Origin: Acidobacteriota bacterium
Lineage (GTDB): Bacteria > Acidobacteriota > UBA890 > WLXD01
Direction of reading: 5' to 3'
Length of the DNA stretch: 64,000 nt
Assembly: GCA_965248695.1 (NCBI GenBank)
Contig: CBDFKD010000002.1
Coordinates: forward strand, 864,001-928,000
Shown here: positions 11,218-21,120 of the stretch, one piece after another
Layout: every line of letters starts with the position of its first letter
How positions within the stretch are numbered: position 1 is the first letter of the stretch
The notes under the pieces: model-generated
What the model was told of the DNA's origin: nothing
Database searches by the model: none
What the model saw: the letters and a program-made list of their open reading frames with translations, nothing else
Program-made: the position numbers and the translations under genes

Positions 11218-11823
11218 ATGTCAGCGACGCCCGTCATCGCCATCATCGGCTCCGGATCGCCCGACCACCGCAGCGCTCACCTGGCCGCCGAGCTCGGTGC
11301 GTTGGTGGCACGTTCGCACCGACACCTGCTAACCGGCGGCGGCGAAGGCGTCATGCTCGACGCGGCCCGGGGCTTCACCGAGGTGTCGCCTCGCACCGGC
11401 ATCTCGATCGGCATCATCCCGCGGGCCGCCTCCAACGATGGCCCCAAGTCCGGTTATCCCAATCGGTACATCGAGGTGCCGGTATTCACCCACCTCGCCG
11501 GCGGGGATCCGACGTCGCGCGACAGCCGCAACCCGATTAACGTGCTTACTCCATGCTGCGTGCTGGCACTGCCGGGCGATGCCGGCACACGGGCGGAGGC
11601 GCGGCTGGCTAAGCGCTACGGCACGCCGATAGCCGCGGTGATCGACGTCGCTCACTCGCCGACATCGTTCGAAACATCGCTGGCGGCCATGCGTGTGCCC
11701 TGTCTACGGGTCGTGGCGTCGACCGGCGAGGGCAGCGGCTACGATCTCGCGCCCGTCGAGGAGTTCATCGCTGCCTCGCCGACAATACCGGCAGGCGCCA
11801 AACGCGGAGGTGCCCTTTGCTGA
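11218..11823 (+). CDS. LOG/SLOG-family Rossmann-fold protein
   Basis: VIAIIGSG, LLTGGGEGVM, SRNPINV and LPGDAGTRAE motifs. Confidence 0.8.
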   Translation: MSATPVIAIIGSGSPDHRSAHLAAELGALVARSHRHLLTGGGEGVMLDAARGFTEVSPRTGISIGIIPRAASNDGPKSGYPNRYIEVPVFTHLAGGDPTSRDSRNPINVLTPCCVLALPGDAGTRAEARLAKRYGTPIAAVIDVAHSPTSFETSLAAMRVPCLRVVASTGEGSGYDLAPVEEFIAASPTIPAGAKRGGALC

Positions 11824-11857
11824 GCGCGGGCCAGCGGCACAGGCGCCAAGACGACGT

Positions 11858-12935
11858 ATGAGCACGCGCGTCGTCGGTTTCGATCTGGCTCGCGCGCTTG
11901 CCGTGTTCGGCATGGTCCTGGTGAACTTCAAGGTCGTCATGGCAGCGCCGGACGCCGGCCCGTTGTGGCTGGCGCGCGCCCTGGCGCTGCTGGAAGGCCG
12001 CGCCGCGGCGACGTTCGTGGTGCTGGCAGGCATCGGCATCGCCATGCTGTCGCGCACGGCCAGAGAAACCGGCGACGCCGCGCTGCTGGCACGAGCGCAG
12101 ACGACGCTGCTGAAACGTGCCCTGTTCCTGTTCATCGTCGGTCTGCTGTTCGCGCCGGTGTGGCCGGGCCGACATCCTCCACTTCTACGGCATATACATC
12201 GCCGTTGCAGCCTTCCTTCTGACGGCGTCCAACCGCCGGCTGTGGTTCTTGGCCGGCAGCGCGGTGACAGGCTTCGTGGCACTGGCCTCGGTCTTCGACT
12301 ATGACCGCGGATGGAACTGGGAGACGCTCGAATACGTCGACTTCTGGACCCCGGCCGGCATGGTCCGGCACCTTCTCTTCAACGGGTTCCACCCGGTGAT
12401 ACCGTGGCTCGCCTTCCTGATCGTCGGCCTGATCGTCGGCCGCCTGGACCTGCGCGACAGGGCGATCCGGAACCGTGTCCTGGCGGCCGGTGCGCTGGCA
12501 ACGGTGGTGGCCGAGAGCGGCAGCAAGGTGCTGATTCGTACGTTGTCGCAGGGGTCCGCCGAGGCTGAGCTCGAAGAGATCGCGGCCTTGTTCGGAACCG
12601 GCGTGATACCTCCGATGCCCCTCTACATGGTGGCCGGTGCCGGAACCGCTTGCGCTGTGATCGCCGTGGCGGTGGGCGTTGGGCAGCGCTTCCCGAACGC
12701 GGTATGGCTCCGTCCGCTCGTATCCACCGGCCAGCTGGCATTGACGCTCTACGTCGCCCATGTCGTGCTCGGCATGGGCGCCATCGCCAGCTTCGGGCGA
12801 CTCGACGGCCGTACGCTGCCATTCGTCGTGACCACCACGGCGGTATTCTGCGCGCTTGGCGTGGTCTTCGCGCATCTGTGGCGCCACCGGTTCCCTCGGG
12901 GACCGCTCGAGACGATCATGCGCGCGGTCACCTGA
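11858..12935 (+). pseudogene. DUF418/YeiB-type membrane protein with +1 frameshift at about 12167
   Basis: RVVGFDLARALAVFGM start and GPLE end; the expected WPADILHFYG is split by an extra G (tggccgggccgac). Confidence 0.8.
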
Positions 12936-13090
12936 AACGAATCGGCCCCGTGGACTTCTTCGTCCGGAAGACCGACTTCAGTCACCCTAGTGTTCCGAAG
13001 ATCGTGCGGCGAGGATCCGTTTGCTTGTGGGTGTATCATCCGCCCGTTGATCGGCTGCGAGTCTTGGTAACGAGCACCTCGGAGAAGCAG

Positions 13091-15109
13091 ATGCGGATGA
13101 TCGATCCCACCAGTACGACGCGGACCAGACGAGCGCTGTGCGGCGTAATTGCGGCCACGTTTTGCCTGATGTCGGTCCCCGCAGCGGGGCAGAACGGCGC
13201 TGGTGCCACCGGTACCGAGAACGGCGAATGGCGCCACTGGGGCGGTGATACCTACAGCACCCGCTACTCGCCCCTGGACCAGATCAACGCCGACAACTTC
13301 GAGGAGCTCGAAGTTGCCTGGGTCTGGCGCGGCGACAACTTCGGCCCTTCGGTCGACAACATCATGCGCTCCACCCCGACCTACGTGAACGGCGTGCTGT
13401 ACACCGTCGCCGGCCAGCGGCGTACAGTCGTCGCCCTCGACCCGGCCACCGGTGAGACGCTGTGGACCTACCGCGAGCCTCACACGAAGCGATGGGCCGA
13501 CTCGATGCGCAAGAACTACGGCAAGGGTGTCGGCTACGCCAATATCGACCGCCGGGGGATCATCTACATGATCTCGCCGGGCTTCTTCCTGCACGCCCTG
13601 GACGCGGTCACCGGCCAGCCGATCGAGCAGTTCGGCAACGAGGGTACGGTCGACCTGCTGGCCGACTTCGGCTACGAGTACGACGCCTACGAGGGACTCC
13701 CCAAGGAGGTCGGCTACATCACCAACTCGTCACCGCCGATGGTGGTCAACGATGTGGTGGTGGTGGGCAACTCCCACGAGCAGGGCTACCTGCAGACCCG
13801 GCGGGAGAACGTGCCCGGGCACGTGCTGGCGTACGACGCGCGCTCCGGCGAGCATCTGTGGAAGTTCAACGTCATTCCGCAGCCGGGCGAGTTCGGTCAC
13901 GACACGTGGGAACACGACGCCTGGTCGTACACCGGCAACGTCTCGGCGTGGGCACCGATGGCCGCCGACCCGGAGCTCGGGCTGGTGTACTTCGCCACCG
14001 ATCCGCCGACCAACGACTACTGGGGCGGCTTCTCTCCCGGCGACAACCTCTTTGCCACCACCATCATCGCGGTCGACATCCGCACCGGCGAGCGCCGCTG
14101 GCACTTCCAGACGGTGCACCACGACATCTGGAACTACGACAACCCCACCGCGCCGAACCTGGTGGACATAACGGTCGACGGCAAGAAGATCCCGGCGCTG
14201 GTGCAGACCACCAAGCAGAGCTTTGCCTACGTGCTCAACCGTGAGACCGGCGAGCCGGTGTGGCCGATCGAGGAACGTCCGGTGCCGGCGTCCAAGATCC
14301 CTGGTGAGCAGACGTCGCCGACGCAGCCGTTCCCGACCCGGCCGGCGCCCTACGAGATGCAGGGCCTGACCCTCGACGACCTGATCGACTTCACGCCCGA
14401 GCTGCGGCAGGCCGCCGTGGAGATGATCAGCGAATTCGAGATCGGACCGCTCTTCACGCCGCCGCTGCATCGCGACAACGACCTCGGCCTCAAGGGGTCG
14501 ATCCACTGTCCGGGAGGGAACGGCGGCACTAACATCCCCGGCGGAACGGCGATCGATCCGGAGACCCAGATCATGTACGTCGCCTCGACGAAGACCTGCT
14601 CCGGGCCGACGATGATCCCCGGTGCCGAGGCGGACTCGCACGACCCCAACCCGATCGGCAAGACCGTCATGGCCTGGGCCAGCGGGCCGGGCTTCGGCCC
14701 CGGCAACGTGAACGGGCTCCCGTACCTGAAACCGCCGTACGGTCGTATCACCGCCATCGATATGAACACCGGCGAGCACCTGTGGTGGATCCCGAACGGC
14801 GACACACCCAACTCCGTCACCCACCACCCGGCACTGCAGGGCCTCGACATCCCCAACACCGGCAAGCCCTCGCACGCCACCAAGGTGGTCACCAAAACGC
14901 TGTTGATCTACGCCGAGGGTCGTCGCGGTGAGGCGCTGATGCACGCGGTCGACAAGCGCACCGGCGAGCGGCTGGGCACCGTGGACATCCCGGCGCAAAG
15001 CAACAGCGCGCCGATGACCTACATGCACCAGGGCAAGCAGTACATCGTGCTGCCCATCGGCGGGTCGACGCATTCCGGTTCGCTGGCCGCGATGGCGCTA
15101 CCCAACTAG
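13091..15109 (+). CDS. PQQ-dependent (glucose/quinate-type) quinoprotein dehydrogenase
   Basis: Signal peptide; RYSPLDQINADNF, WHFQTVHHDIWNYD, PVWPIEERPVP, KPPYGRITAIDMNTGE, APMTYMHQGKQYIV. Confidence 0.92.
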   Translation: MRMIDPTSTTRTRRALCGVIAATFCLMSVPAAGQNGAGATGTENGEWRHWGGDTYSTRYSPLDQINADNFEELEVAWVWRGDNFGPSVDNIMRSTPTYVNGVLYTVAGQRRTVVALDPATGETLWTYREPHTKRWADSMRKNYGKGVGYANIDRRGIIYMISPGFFLHALDAVTGQPIEQFGNEGTVDLLADFGYEYDAYEGLPKEVGYITNSSPPMVVNDVVVVGNSHEQGYLQTRRENVPGHVLAYDARSGEHLWKFNVIPQPGEFGHDTWEHDAWSYTGNVSAWAPMAADPELGLVYFATDPPTNDYWGGFSPGDNLFATTIIAVDIRTGERRWHFQTVHHDIWNYDNPTAPNLVDITVDGKKIPALVQTTKQSFAYVLNRETGEPVWPIEERPVPASKIPGEQTSPTQPFPTRPAPYEMQGLTLDDLIDFTPELRQAAVEMISEFEIGPLFTPPLHRDNDLGLKGSIHCPGGNGGTNIPGGTAIDPETQIMYVASTKTCSGPTMIPGAEADSHDPNPIGKTVMAWASGPGFGPGNVNGLPYLKPPYGRITAIDMNTGEHLWWIPNGDTPNSVTHHPALQGLDIPNTGKPSHATKVVTKTLLIYAEGRRGEALMHAVDKRTGERLGTVDIPAQSNSAPMTYMHQGKQYIVLPIGGSTHSGSLAAMALPN

Positions 15110-15206
15110 CGCAGCGCTCGCTCTCAACTTCGGCGCTGGCCGGGAGGAGCTCCACGCGGGGCCGTCTCAACCTAGCAGGTGGCTAGTTTCTCTTGATTCG
15201 CACCGA

Positions 15207-15225
15207 CTGATATCGTTGATATCAG
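15207..15225. promoter_or_regulatory. Palindromic operator upstream of the TA operon
   Basis: CTGATATC-GTT-GATATCAG perfect 8-bp inverted repeat about 20 nt before the antitoxin ATG. Confidence 0.65.
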
Positions 15226-15246
15226 CAGGGGAGATTCCAAAGCACA

Positions 15247-15480
15247 ATGGCCCAACTGATCGTGAGAAAGCTGCCCAGCCTGATTGTTCGAGCATTGAAG
15301 CTCCGCGCCGCCGCTTACGGACGCTCCGCTGAAGCCGAGCACCGTGAAATCCTCCGGTCGGTGCTCACGCCATCAAACCCGGGCCAATCGTTGAAAGCAG
15401 CCTTGCTGCGCATGCCGGACGTAGGCACGGACGAGGATTTCAGCCGGCCCACCGACTACGGTCGAGTGCCTCCGCTATGA
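15247..15480 (+). CDS. FitA-like ribbon-helix-helix antitoxin
   Basis: MAQLIVRKL...LKLRAAAYGRSAEAEHREIL, directly upstream of a PIN toxin. Confidence 0.88.
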   Translation: MAQLIVRKLPSLIVRALKLRAAAYGRSAEAEHREILRSVLTPSNPGQSLKAALLRMPDVGTDEDFSRPTDYGRVPPL

Positions 15481-15505
15481 CGAACCTGTTGCGACAACCC
15501 CTGCA

Positions 15506-15943
15506 GTGACCTATCTGCTCGATACGAACGTCATCTCCGAGCTGCGGAAGGGTGAGCGCTGCGACTCCGGAGTGCGCACCTGGCTGGCGGGTGTCGCCGC
15601 CGACCATCTCCACATCAGCGTGCTGACGATCGGGGAGCTGCGCCGCGGTGTGGAGATGCTCGGACGACGAGACCCGCAGGCCGCCAGATCCTTGAATCGT
15701 TGGCTTTGCGACCTGACCGAGTCACACGCGGACCGGCTTCTCGGCATCGGCGTCCGGGTTGCGGACGAATGGGGGCGCCTGAACGTACCTGATCCGTTGC
15801 CGGTGATTGACGGACTGCTGGCCGCCACGGCCAGTGTGCATCAGCTGACCCTGGTAACCCGGAACACCAAGGACATCGAGCGTACGGGAGTGGCCTGCTT
15901 CAACCCGTTCGAACGCTCCGGCGAGCGTTCGACGGAGACGTAG
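15506..15943 (+). CDS. vapC: VapC/FitB PIN-domain toxin
   Basis: YLLDTNVISE, ISVLTIGEL, DGLLAATA, LVTRNTKD. Confidence 0.93.
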   Translation: MTYLLDTNVISELRKGERCDSGVRTWLAGVAADHLHISVLTIGELRRGVEMLGRRDPQAARSLNRWLCDLTESHADRLLGIGVRVADEWGRLNVPDPLPVIDGLLAATASVHQLTLVTRNTKDIERTGVACFNPFERSGERSTET

Positions 15944-15966
15944 CCAACCGGCCGGACTGCGGCTCG

Positions 15967-17784
15967 TCAGTACGCCACGGCAGCGCTGTTGTTGCGGTTG
16001 TGCGATGCGGCTCGCAGCTCACCGGTGACCAGGTCGCGGCTGATCGCCACCCAGATCCCCTCGCCGCCGAATCGCACGCCTTCGGGGTCGATCTCCTGAT
16101 ACGCGTAGCCGGTCGCCTCGAGGACCTCCGGCGGGAATCCGCCCTCGATCACCCGGAACGTCTGCTGATAGGTCACCGGGTCGGTGAGCGCCAGAAAGAA
16201 GTCCGGAGCGTTGATCGCCTCGTCGACCGTCATGCCGTACTCGATGATGCCCATGAGCCCTTGGAATGTGCGCTGATGGAGTCCCGAGCCCATCGACGCG
16301 AACCCGAGAACCGCCTCGCCACCCTTCATGAGGACGCCGGTTTCGGTCGGCGACTCCAGCCGTCCACCGGGCTCGGTCTGCGAGATCTGCGTCTGCTGAA
16401 ACGAGGCCGGATCACCGATCGTTACTCCGTCGACGACAATCGCCGTCTTGCCCCACAGCACACAGTTGATGCTCTGCGTCAGGGCTGCGATGTTGCCCTC
16501 GCTGTCGATCACCACCACGTCGTCGGAGTGCCGCGGCGGCTGCGGCTTCCACTGCGTCAGCTTCGCCCCCGCCTCAAGGCGCGCCCACATCTCGGCGGCG
16601 TACTCGCGCGTCACCCGCGACTCGAGACTCAGATCCAGGCCGGGGTAGACCTGCGCCAGGACCTCGCCCGGGATGAAGCTCATGAAGGCGATCTGCGTGA
16701 CGTCGAGCGCCTTGCGCAACGCGTCGCCGGAACGTGACCAGTGGCCATCGCTGACCATGCCGGACGCCATCGCCAAGTTGTACGCCTCGACGGTGGCCAC
16801 GCCACCTGTGTTGGGCGGCGGGTTCGTGTGCAGCTCGTACTCGCCCAGGGTCGCCACCAGCGGCTCGTCCCAGAGGACCTCGTAGCCGGCCAGATCCTCG
16901 AGTGTCATCTTGCCGCCGTCGGCCTGGATTGCCGCCACGACGCGTTCCGCCCATGGCCCGTCGTACATGTAGTCAGTGCCCTGGGTTGCCACCGCGCGCA
17001 ACGTCGCGCCCAGGGCGGGCTGCTTGAACACGTCGCCCTCGGCATAGGCCGTGCCGTCAAGCTTGATCAGCGTGGCGCGCGTCTCCGGCAGGCGCGCCAG
17101 GTCGTCGTGGCGCGCCGCGAAGTAACCGGCCGTCTTGGCGGAGACCGGCATCCCCTGCTCGGCAATATGGATGGCAGGCGCGAAGATCTCTTCGAACGGA
17201 AGCGCTCCGAAGCGCTCGTGCGCCGCTCCGACCCCCTTCATGAACCCGCCGACGAGCGCCGTGCGGCCGCTCGCCGCGGTCCCGTAGATGCCCTCCGCCG
17301 ACGACAGGTCGATGCCGCCGGGGATTCCCATCGGATCGTCCTCGCCGCGCACCGTGTTCCACTCGGCGTTCATCGTGTGCACCTGCCCCGTCGCCGCCTC
17401 GTAGTACACCAGCGACAGGATGCCGAAATAGCTGATCGGAGCTCCGGCGGTCAGCGCGACCTGCGCCATTGCGGCGGTCATCGCCGCGTCGATGGCGTTG
17501 CCACCCTGCTGCAACGCTTCGAGCCCGGCACGGGCCGCCAGGCCGTTGTAGGCCACCGTCACGGCACCGTTCATGCCGGTGGCGACACCGGCCGCGGAGT
17601 GATCGACCAGCTGCGCTGACATGAAGCGGTCGTAGTCTTGTTGCCACGCACTCGGCGAAAGGTCGACGACCGGCTCGGCCGGAGCACAGGCGGCACCACT
17701 GAGCAGCAGTCCGATCGCCAGCGCCAACAACGAACGCCGTATGGGCGGTCGTCGTATCGGGATCGGAGTGCGCACGCTGGTCAT
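15967..17784 (-). CDS. Gamma-glutamyltransferase-family (Ntn) lipoprotein with Ser at the nucleophile position
   Basis: Lipobox GAAC; GGNAIDAA; FAPAIHIAEQG; small-subunit start HSDDVVVIDSEGNIAALTQSIN. Confidence 0.85.
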   Translation of the reverse strand: MTSVRTPIPIRRPPIRRSLLALAIGLLLSGAACAPAEPVVDLSPSAWQQDYDRFMSAQLVDHSAAGVATGMNGAVTVAYNGLAARAGLEALQQGGNAIDAAMTAAMAQVALTAGAPISYFGILSLVYYEAATGQVHTMNAEWNTVRGEDDPMGIPGGIDLSSAEGIYGTAASGRTALVGGFMKGVGAAHERFGALPFEEIFAPAIHIAEQGMPVSAKTAGYFAARHDDLARLPETRATLIKLDGTAYAEGDVFKQPALGATLRAVATQGTDYMYDGPWAERVVAAIQADGGKMTLEDLAGYEVLWDEPLVATLGEYELHTNPPPNTGGVATVEAYNLAMASGMVSDGHWSRSGDALRKALDVTQIAFMSFIPGEVLAQVYPGLDLSLESRVTREYAAEMWARLEAGAKLTQWKPQPPRHSDDVVVIDSEGNIAALTQSINCVLWGKTAIVVDGVTIGDPASFQQTQISQTEPGGRLESPTETGVLMKGGEAVLGFASMGSGLHQRTFQGLMGIIEYGMTVDEAINAPDFFLALTDPVTYQQTFRVIEGGFPPEVLEATGYAYQEIDPEGVRFGGEGIWVAISRDLVTGELRAASHNRNNSAAVAY

Positions 17785-19115
17785 CGTCCCGCGCCCTTGA
17801 CCACCTTGCCGGATCTCATGACGAAGGCTACGGCGGTCTCCAGCAACGTCACGTCCTCCAACGGATTGCCATCGATGGCCACGATATCGGCGAGCTTGCC
17901 GGCCTCGACGGTGCCGATCTCGTCGTCGAGATCCAGCAACTCGGCGGCGTAGATCGTGCCGCCCTTGATCGCCGTCATCGGCGACAACCCTACTCGCACC
18001 ATCTGAGCGAACTCGCGCGCCGCCTGCTCGACCGGGAAGATGGTGTCCGATCCCATCACCACACGAACACCGGCATCGATGGCGGCACGAATGCGCTCAT
18101 CCCGGACTTCCATCAACTCGGCACCCTTGGCCACCGAGTCGGGTGGGTAACCGATCGAGGGCCCGACCTCGACGACGTAATTGAGCACGTAGATTGTCGG
18201 CACGAGCACCGTGCCGCGCTCGAGCATCAGGTCGATGCCTTCCTGATCGATGAGGATGCCGTGCTCGACCGAATCAACGCCGGCGCGCACGGCCTGCTTG
18301 ATGCCCTCGGTGCCGATGGCGTGCACGGTGATCTTCTTGAAGTGACGGTGCGTCTCGTCGACCGCCGCCTCGAGCTCGGCGTCGGAAAAGGCCGTGGCCT
18401 GGGGGTTGTCGCCATGCGACATGACCCCTCCGGTGGCGGTCAGCTTGATCCAATCGGCGCCGAACTTGATCTCGTTGCGAATCGCCAGCCGCATGGCGTC
18501 CGCACCATCGACTACCAGACCCGGAATCTCGAGGTCGAGATCCGGCGGCACGTCGTTGACGTCGCAGTGTCCGCCGGTCGGCGAGATGCAGTGCGGCGCC
18601 TGCAGGATCCGCGGCCCATCGAACATGCCGGCGTTGATCGCGTCGCGTACGTCCGACAGCGAGTAGTAGAGATCGAACTCGCCGGTGCTGCGCACGGTGG
18701 TAAACCCGTGCTCGAGCATCGTCTGGGCGTTGCGCAGGGCGATCAGCCCTTTGGCGGCGCTGGACTGGCCGCTCGCGCTCACGCCGGCGAAGCCACTAGC
18801 GTCGATCGTCAGGTGCACGTGCAGATCGATCATCCCGGGCATGCACGTGGCCTCACTGAGGTCCACGACGTCGGCGTCGACCGGCGCCTGGGCGCGCCAG
18901 TCATCGATCGAGACGATCCGACCATCCCGCACGACGATCTGTCGATTGCGCATTGCCGCATCGGCGCGGCCGTCGATCAGTCGTCCGCATCGCAGGATCG
19001 TCGTCGCCTCAGCCTGTGACGAGCTCGCGGCCTGCGGCGGGCTACCGAGCGGCAGCGCCAACGTGATGACGGCGATACAGATGGCCATCGCCATGGTCCG
19101 AGATCGGTTCAGCAT
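17781..19115 (-). CDS. Exported amidohydrolase (Xaa-Pro dipeptidase-like metal-dependent hydrolase)
   Basis: PGMIDLHVH, WIKLTATGG, TVHAIG, SVEHG, GSDT, GKLADIVA; ATGA overlap with the downstream gene. Confidence 0.9.
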   Translation of the reverse strand: MLNRSRTMAMAICIAVITLALPLGSPPQAASSSQAEATTILRCGRLIDGRADAAMRNRQIVVRDGRIVSIDDWRAQAPVDADVVDLSEATCMPGMIDLHVHLTIDASGFAGVSASGQSSAAKGLIALRNAQTMLEHGFTTVRSTGEFDLYYSLSDVRDAINAGMFDGPRILQAPHCISPTGGHCDVNDVPPDLDLEIPGLVVDGADAMRLAIRNEIKFGADWIKLTATGGVMSHGDNPQATAFSDAELEAAVDETHRHFKKITVHAIGTEGIKQAVRAGVDSVEHGILIDQEGIDLMLERGTVLVPTIYVLNYVVEVGPSIGYPPDSVAKGAELMEVRDERIRAAIDAGVRVVMGSDTIFPVEQAAREFAQMVRVGLSPMTAIKGGTIYAAELLDLDDEIGTVEAGKLADIVAIDGNPLEDVTLLETAVAFVMRSGKVVKGAGR

Positions 19116-19188
19116 GAGGACGTTCCCTCCGTTGCGTTCGTCATCGTCGGCCTTCGAGTCGCCGCCGTGGGTGCAACTGCGAGCACCG

Positions 19189-20917
19189 CTACACGGCTTC
19201 GGCCATGGCGCACCGACGCGGATCGCCGCACGCCGAACGTCTGCCGGTGTCGGGATCTATCCAGATTCCCTCGAACGAGCCCATGCCCCAGTTCCATCGA
19301 TTCACCGGGCGCACCGGCAGTCCGCGCGCCATTACCGCGTCGCGAACATTCTTGTCGAGATCAACCTCTACGGCCGGATAGCTGCCGGCGGCGCCATACG
19401 CGTTGCCGAAGCGCGGACGGTTCACCGATTCATGGATCGGGATGCCGAAATCGATCAGGTTGGTGGTGTTCTGCACGATGTTCTGCAGCAGGCTGACGCT
19501 CGGGGAGCCGGACGCCAGTACCGGCCTGCCGTTCTTGAGCACCATGTTGGGCGCCACATACACCGAAGCACGCTGACCGGGCTGCGGCATGATGCGGAAG
19601 AAATGGGCCCCGGAGGCGACGATCGTCACGCCGGCGGCGAACAGCCCGTTGCTCCATGGCAGCGACATGCAGGAGTGCAGGATGGTGGCCACATTGCCGG
19701 CGGCGTCGACCGCGGTCACGTGACAGCTCCCCGGAGGCGGCATCGACGGCGACTCCATGGGCTTGCCCATCTGCAACAAATCGAAACGCATCTTGGCGTA
19801 CTGCTTGGACGTAATGAGGTCGAGGGGTAGCGGATGGCTAGCCGGGTCGGGCTGCTTGTGACCGTCCTCGAAGACCTGGTCGCAGATGCGCGCCATCTGC
19901 CAGAGTGTCTCGGCGGACTCGGTCGCCGGCCCCAGTTTCTGCAGATCGAGCAACTCGACCATCTGCAGGATCTCGATGATGTGGGTGCCGCCGTTGTCCG
20001 GCGGCGGTGAGGCCACCAGGTCGTAGCCGCGGTAGCTGCCGGTTGCCGGCTCGTCAAAGCGCACGTCATAGAGCTCGAAATCCTCCGGCGTGATGACACC
20101 ACCGGCAGCCTGCACCACGTCACAGTACTGGCGCGCGAAATCGCCGCGATAGAAGTACTCGTTGCCTTCCTCTACCAGGCGCTCGAGGGTATCGGCGGCG
20201 CGCTTCTGATAGAGCATCTCCCCGGGGTTCGCGAGCCCGCCGTCCGGGAAGAAGATCTCTCGTCCCTGATCAGTCAGGCCAAGCGTGGCGCTCTGGGTGA
20301 ACATCTCACCCCACAGAAACGGGTGGATCTCGAAGCCATCGCGGGCATAGGCGATGGCCGCAGCGCAGAGGTCCTTGGGCGACTTGCTGCCGTGGCGCTC
20401 GCGCGACGCCTCATATCCGGCCCAGAATCCCGGCACGGCCGCACCCAGGCCGGTACCGAGGGCGGCGGCACTCCAGCCCTCGAGAGGGGCGACCGGGGCG
20501 TTCATGCCGCCGTTGACGTAATGAGTCGTGCCGGTGCCGGCGTCGTAATAAAGCATGCTCAGCACGCCCGTGATGCCGGTCATATGAGGCTCGACGACGC
20601 ACTGAGTCACCGAGGCGCACAAGGCGGCGTCGGCGGCGTTGCCGCCGGAGCGGAGGATGTCGGCACCGGCGCGCGTCGCCAGTGGCTGGGCGCAAATCAC
20701 CATGCCGCCGTCGCCCTCGGGCCGGCTCCTTGGCCCCGAAGACTGCCTTGCTGATCAAGCGGCGACGCTCCTCCGGATCGACAGATCCGGGCGTACCGCC
20801 GGCGGCCGGCGGCGAGGTGCGGAGACCGATCGGGGCGGCGGCGGCGGGCCCTGCCAATCCGGCCGCAATCGCTCCGCTGCCGGCCAGCTTCAGGAAGTCG
20901 CGTCGGTGAGAGCTCAT
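19189..20917 (-). CDS. Tat-exported gamma-glutamyltransferase-family protein, +1 frameshift at about 20720
   Basis: HRRDFLK Tat signal in ORF 20411-20917; removing one C joins KEPA to EGDGGMVICAQPLA; GGNAADAA; SCHVTAVDAAGN; DPRR. Confidence 0.82.
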
Positions 20918-21120
20918 CGTTTCCTCCCAAGCAGGGTATCCGGCGGTATTCTTGCTAGGCTCGGCGAGCTTACACCTGCAGCAAGCCGTGGTGAGGTGTG
21001 GTGTGGCTGGCGTCAGGGCTGGAGCTGCTCCACCTCACCGGCGACTCGCCCACCAGCTCGACAATCGAATTCACCTGATGCTTGCCCAGGGCCTGGCGGC
21101 AAGCGTCTATAGTCATCGGC

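Noticed and set aside
12650-13090. Long N-terminal extensions in the ORF track (also 2889-3092, 22908-23240, 37687-37797)
   Set aside because: Downstream starts with RBS and signal peptides fit better, and the extensions overlap neighbouring genes.
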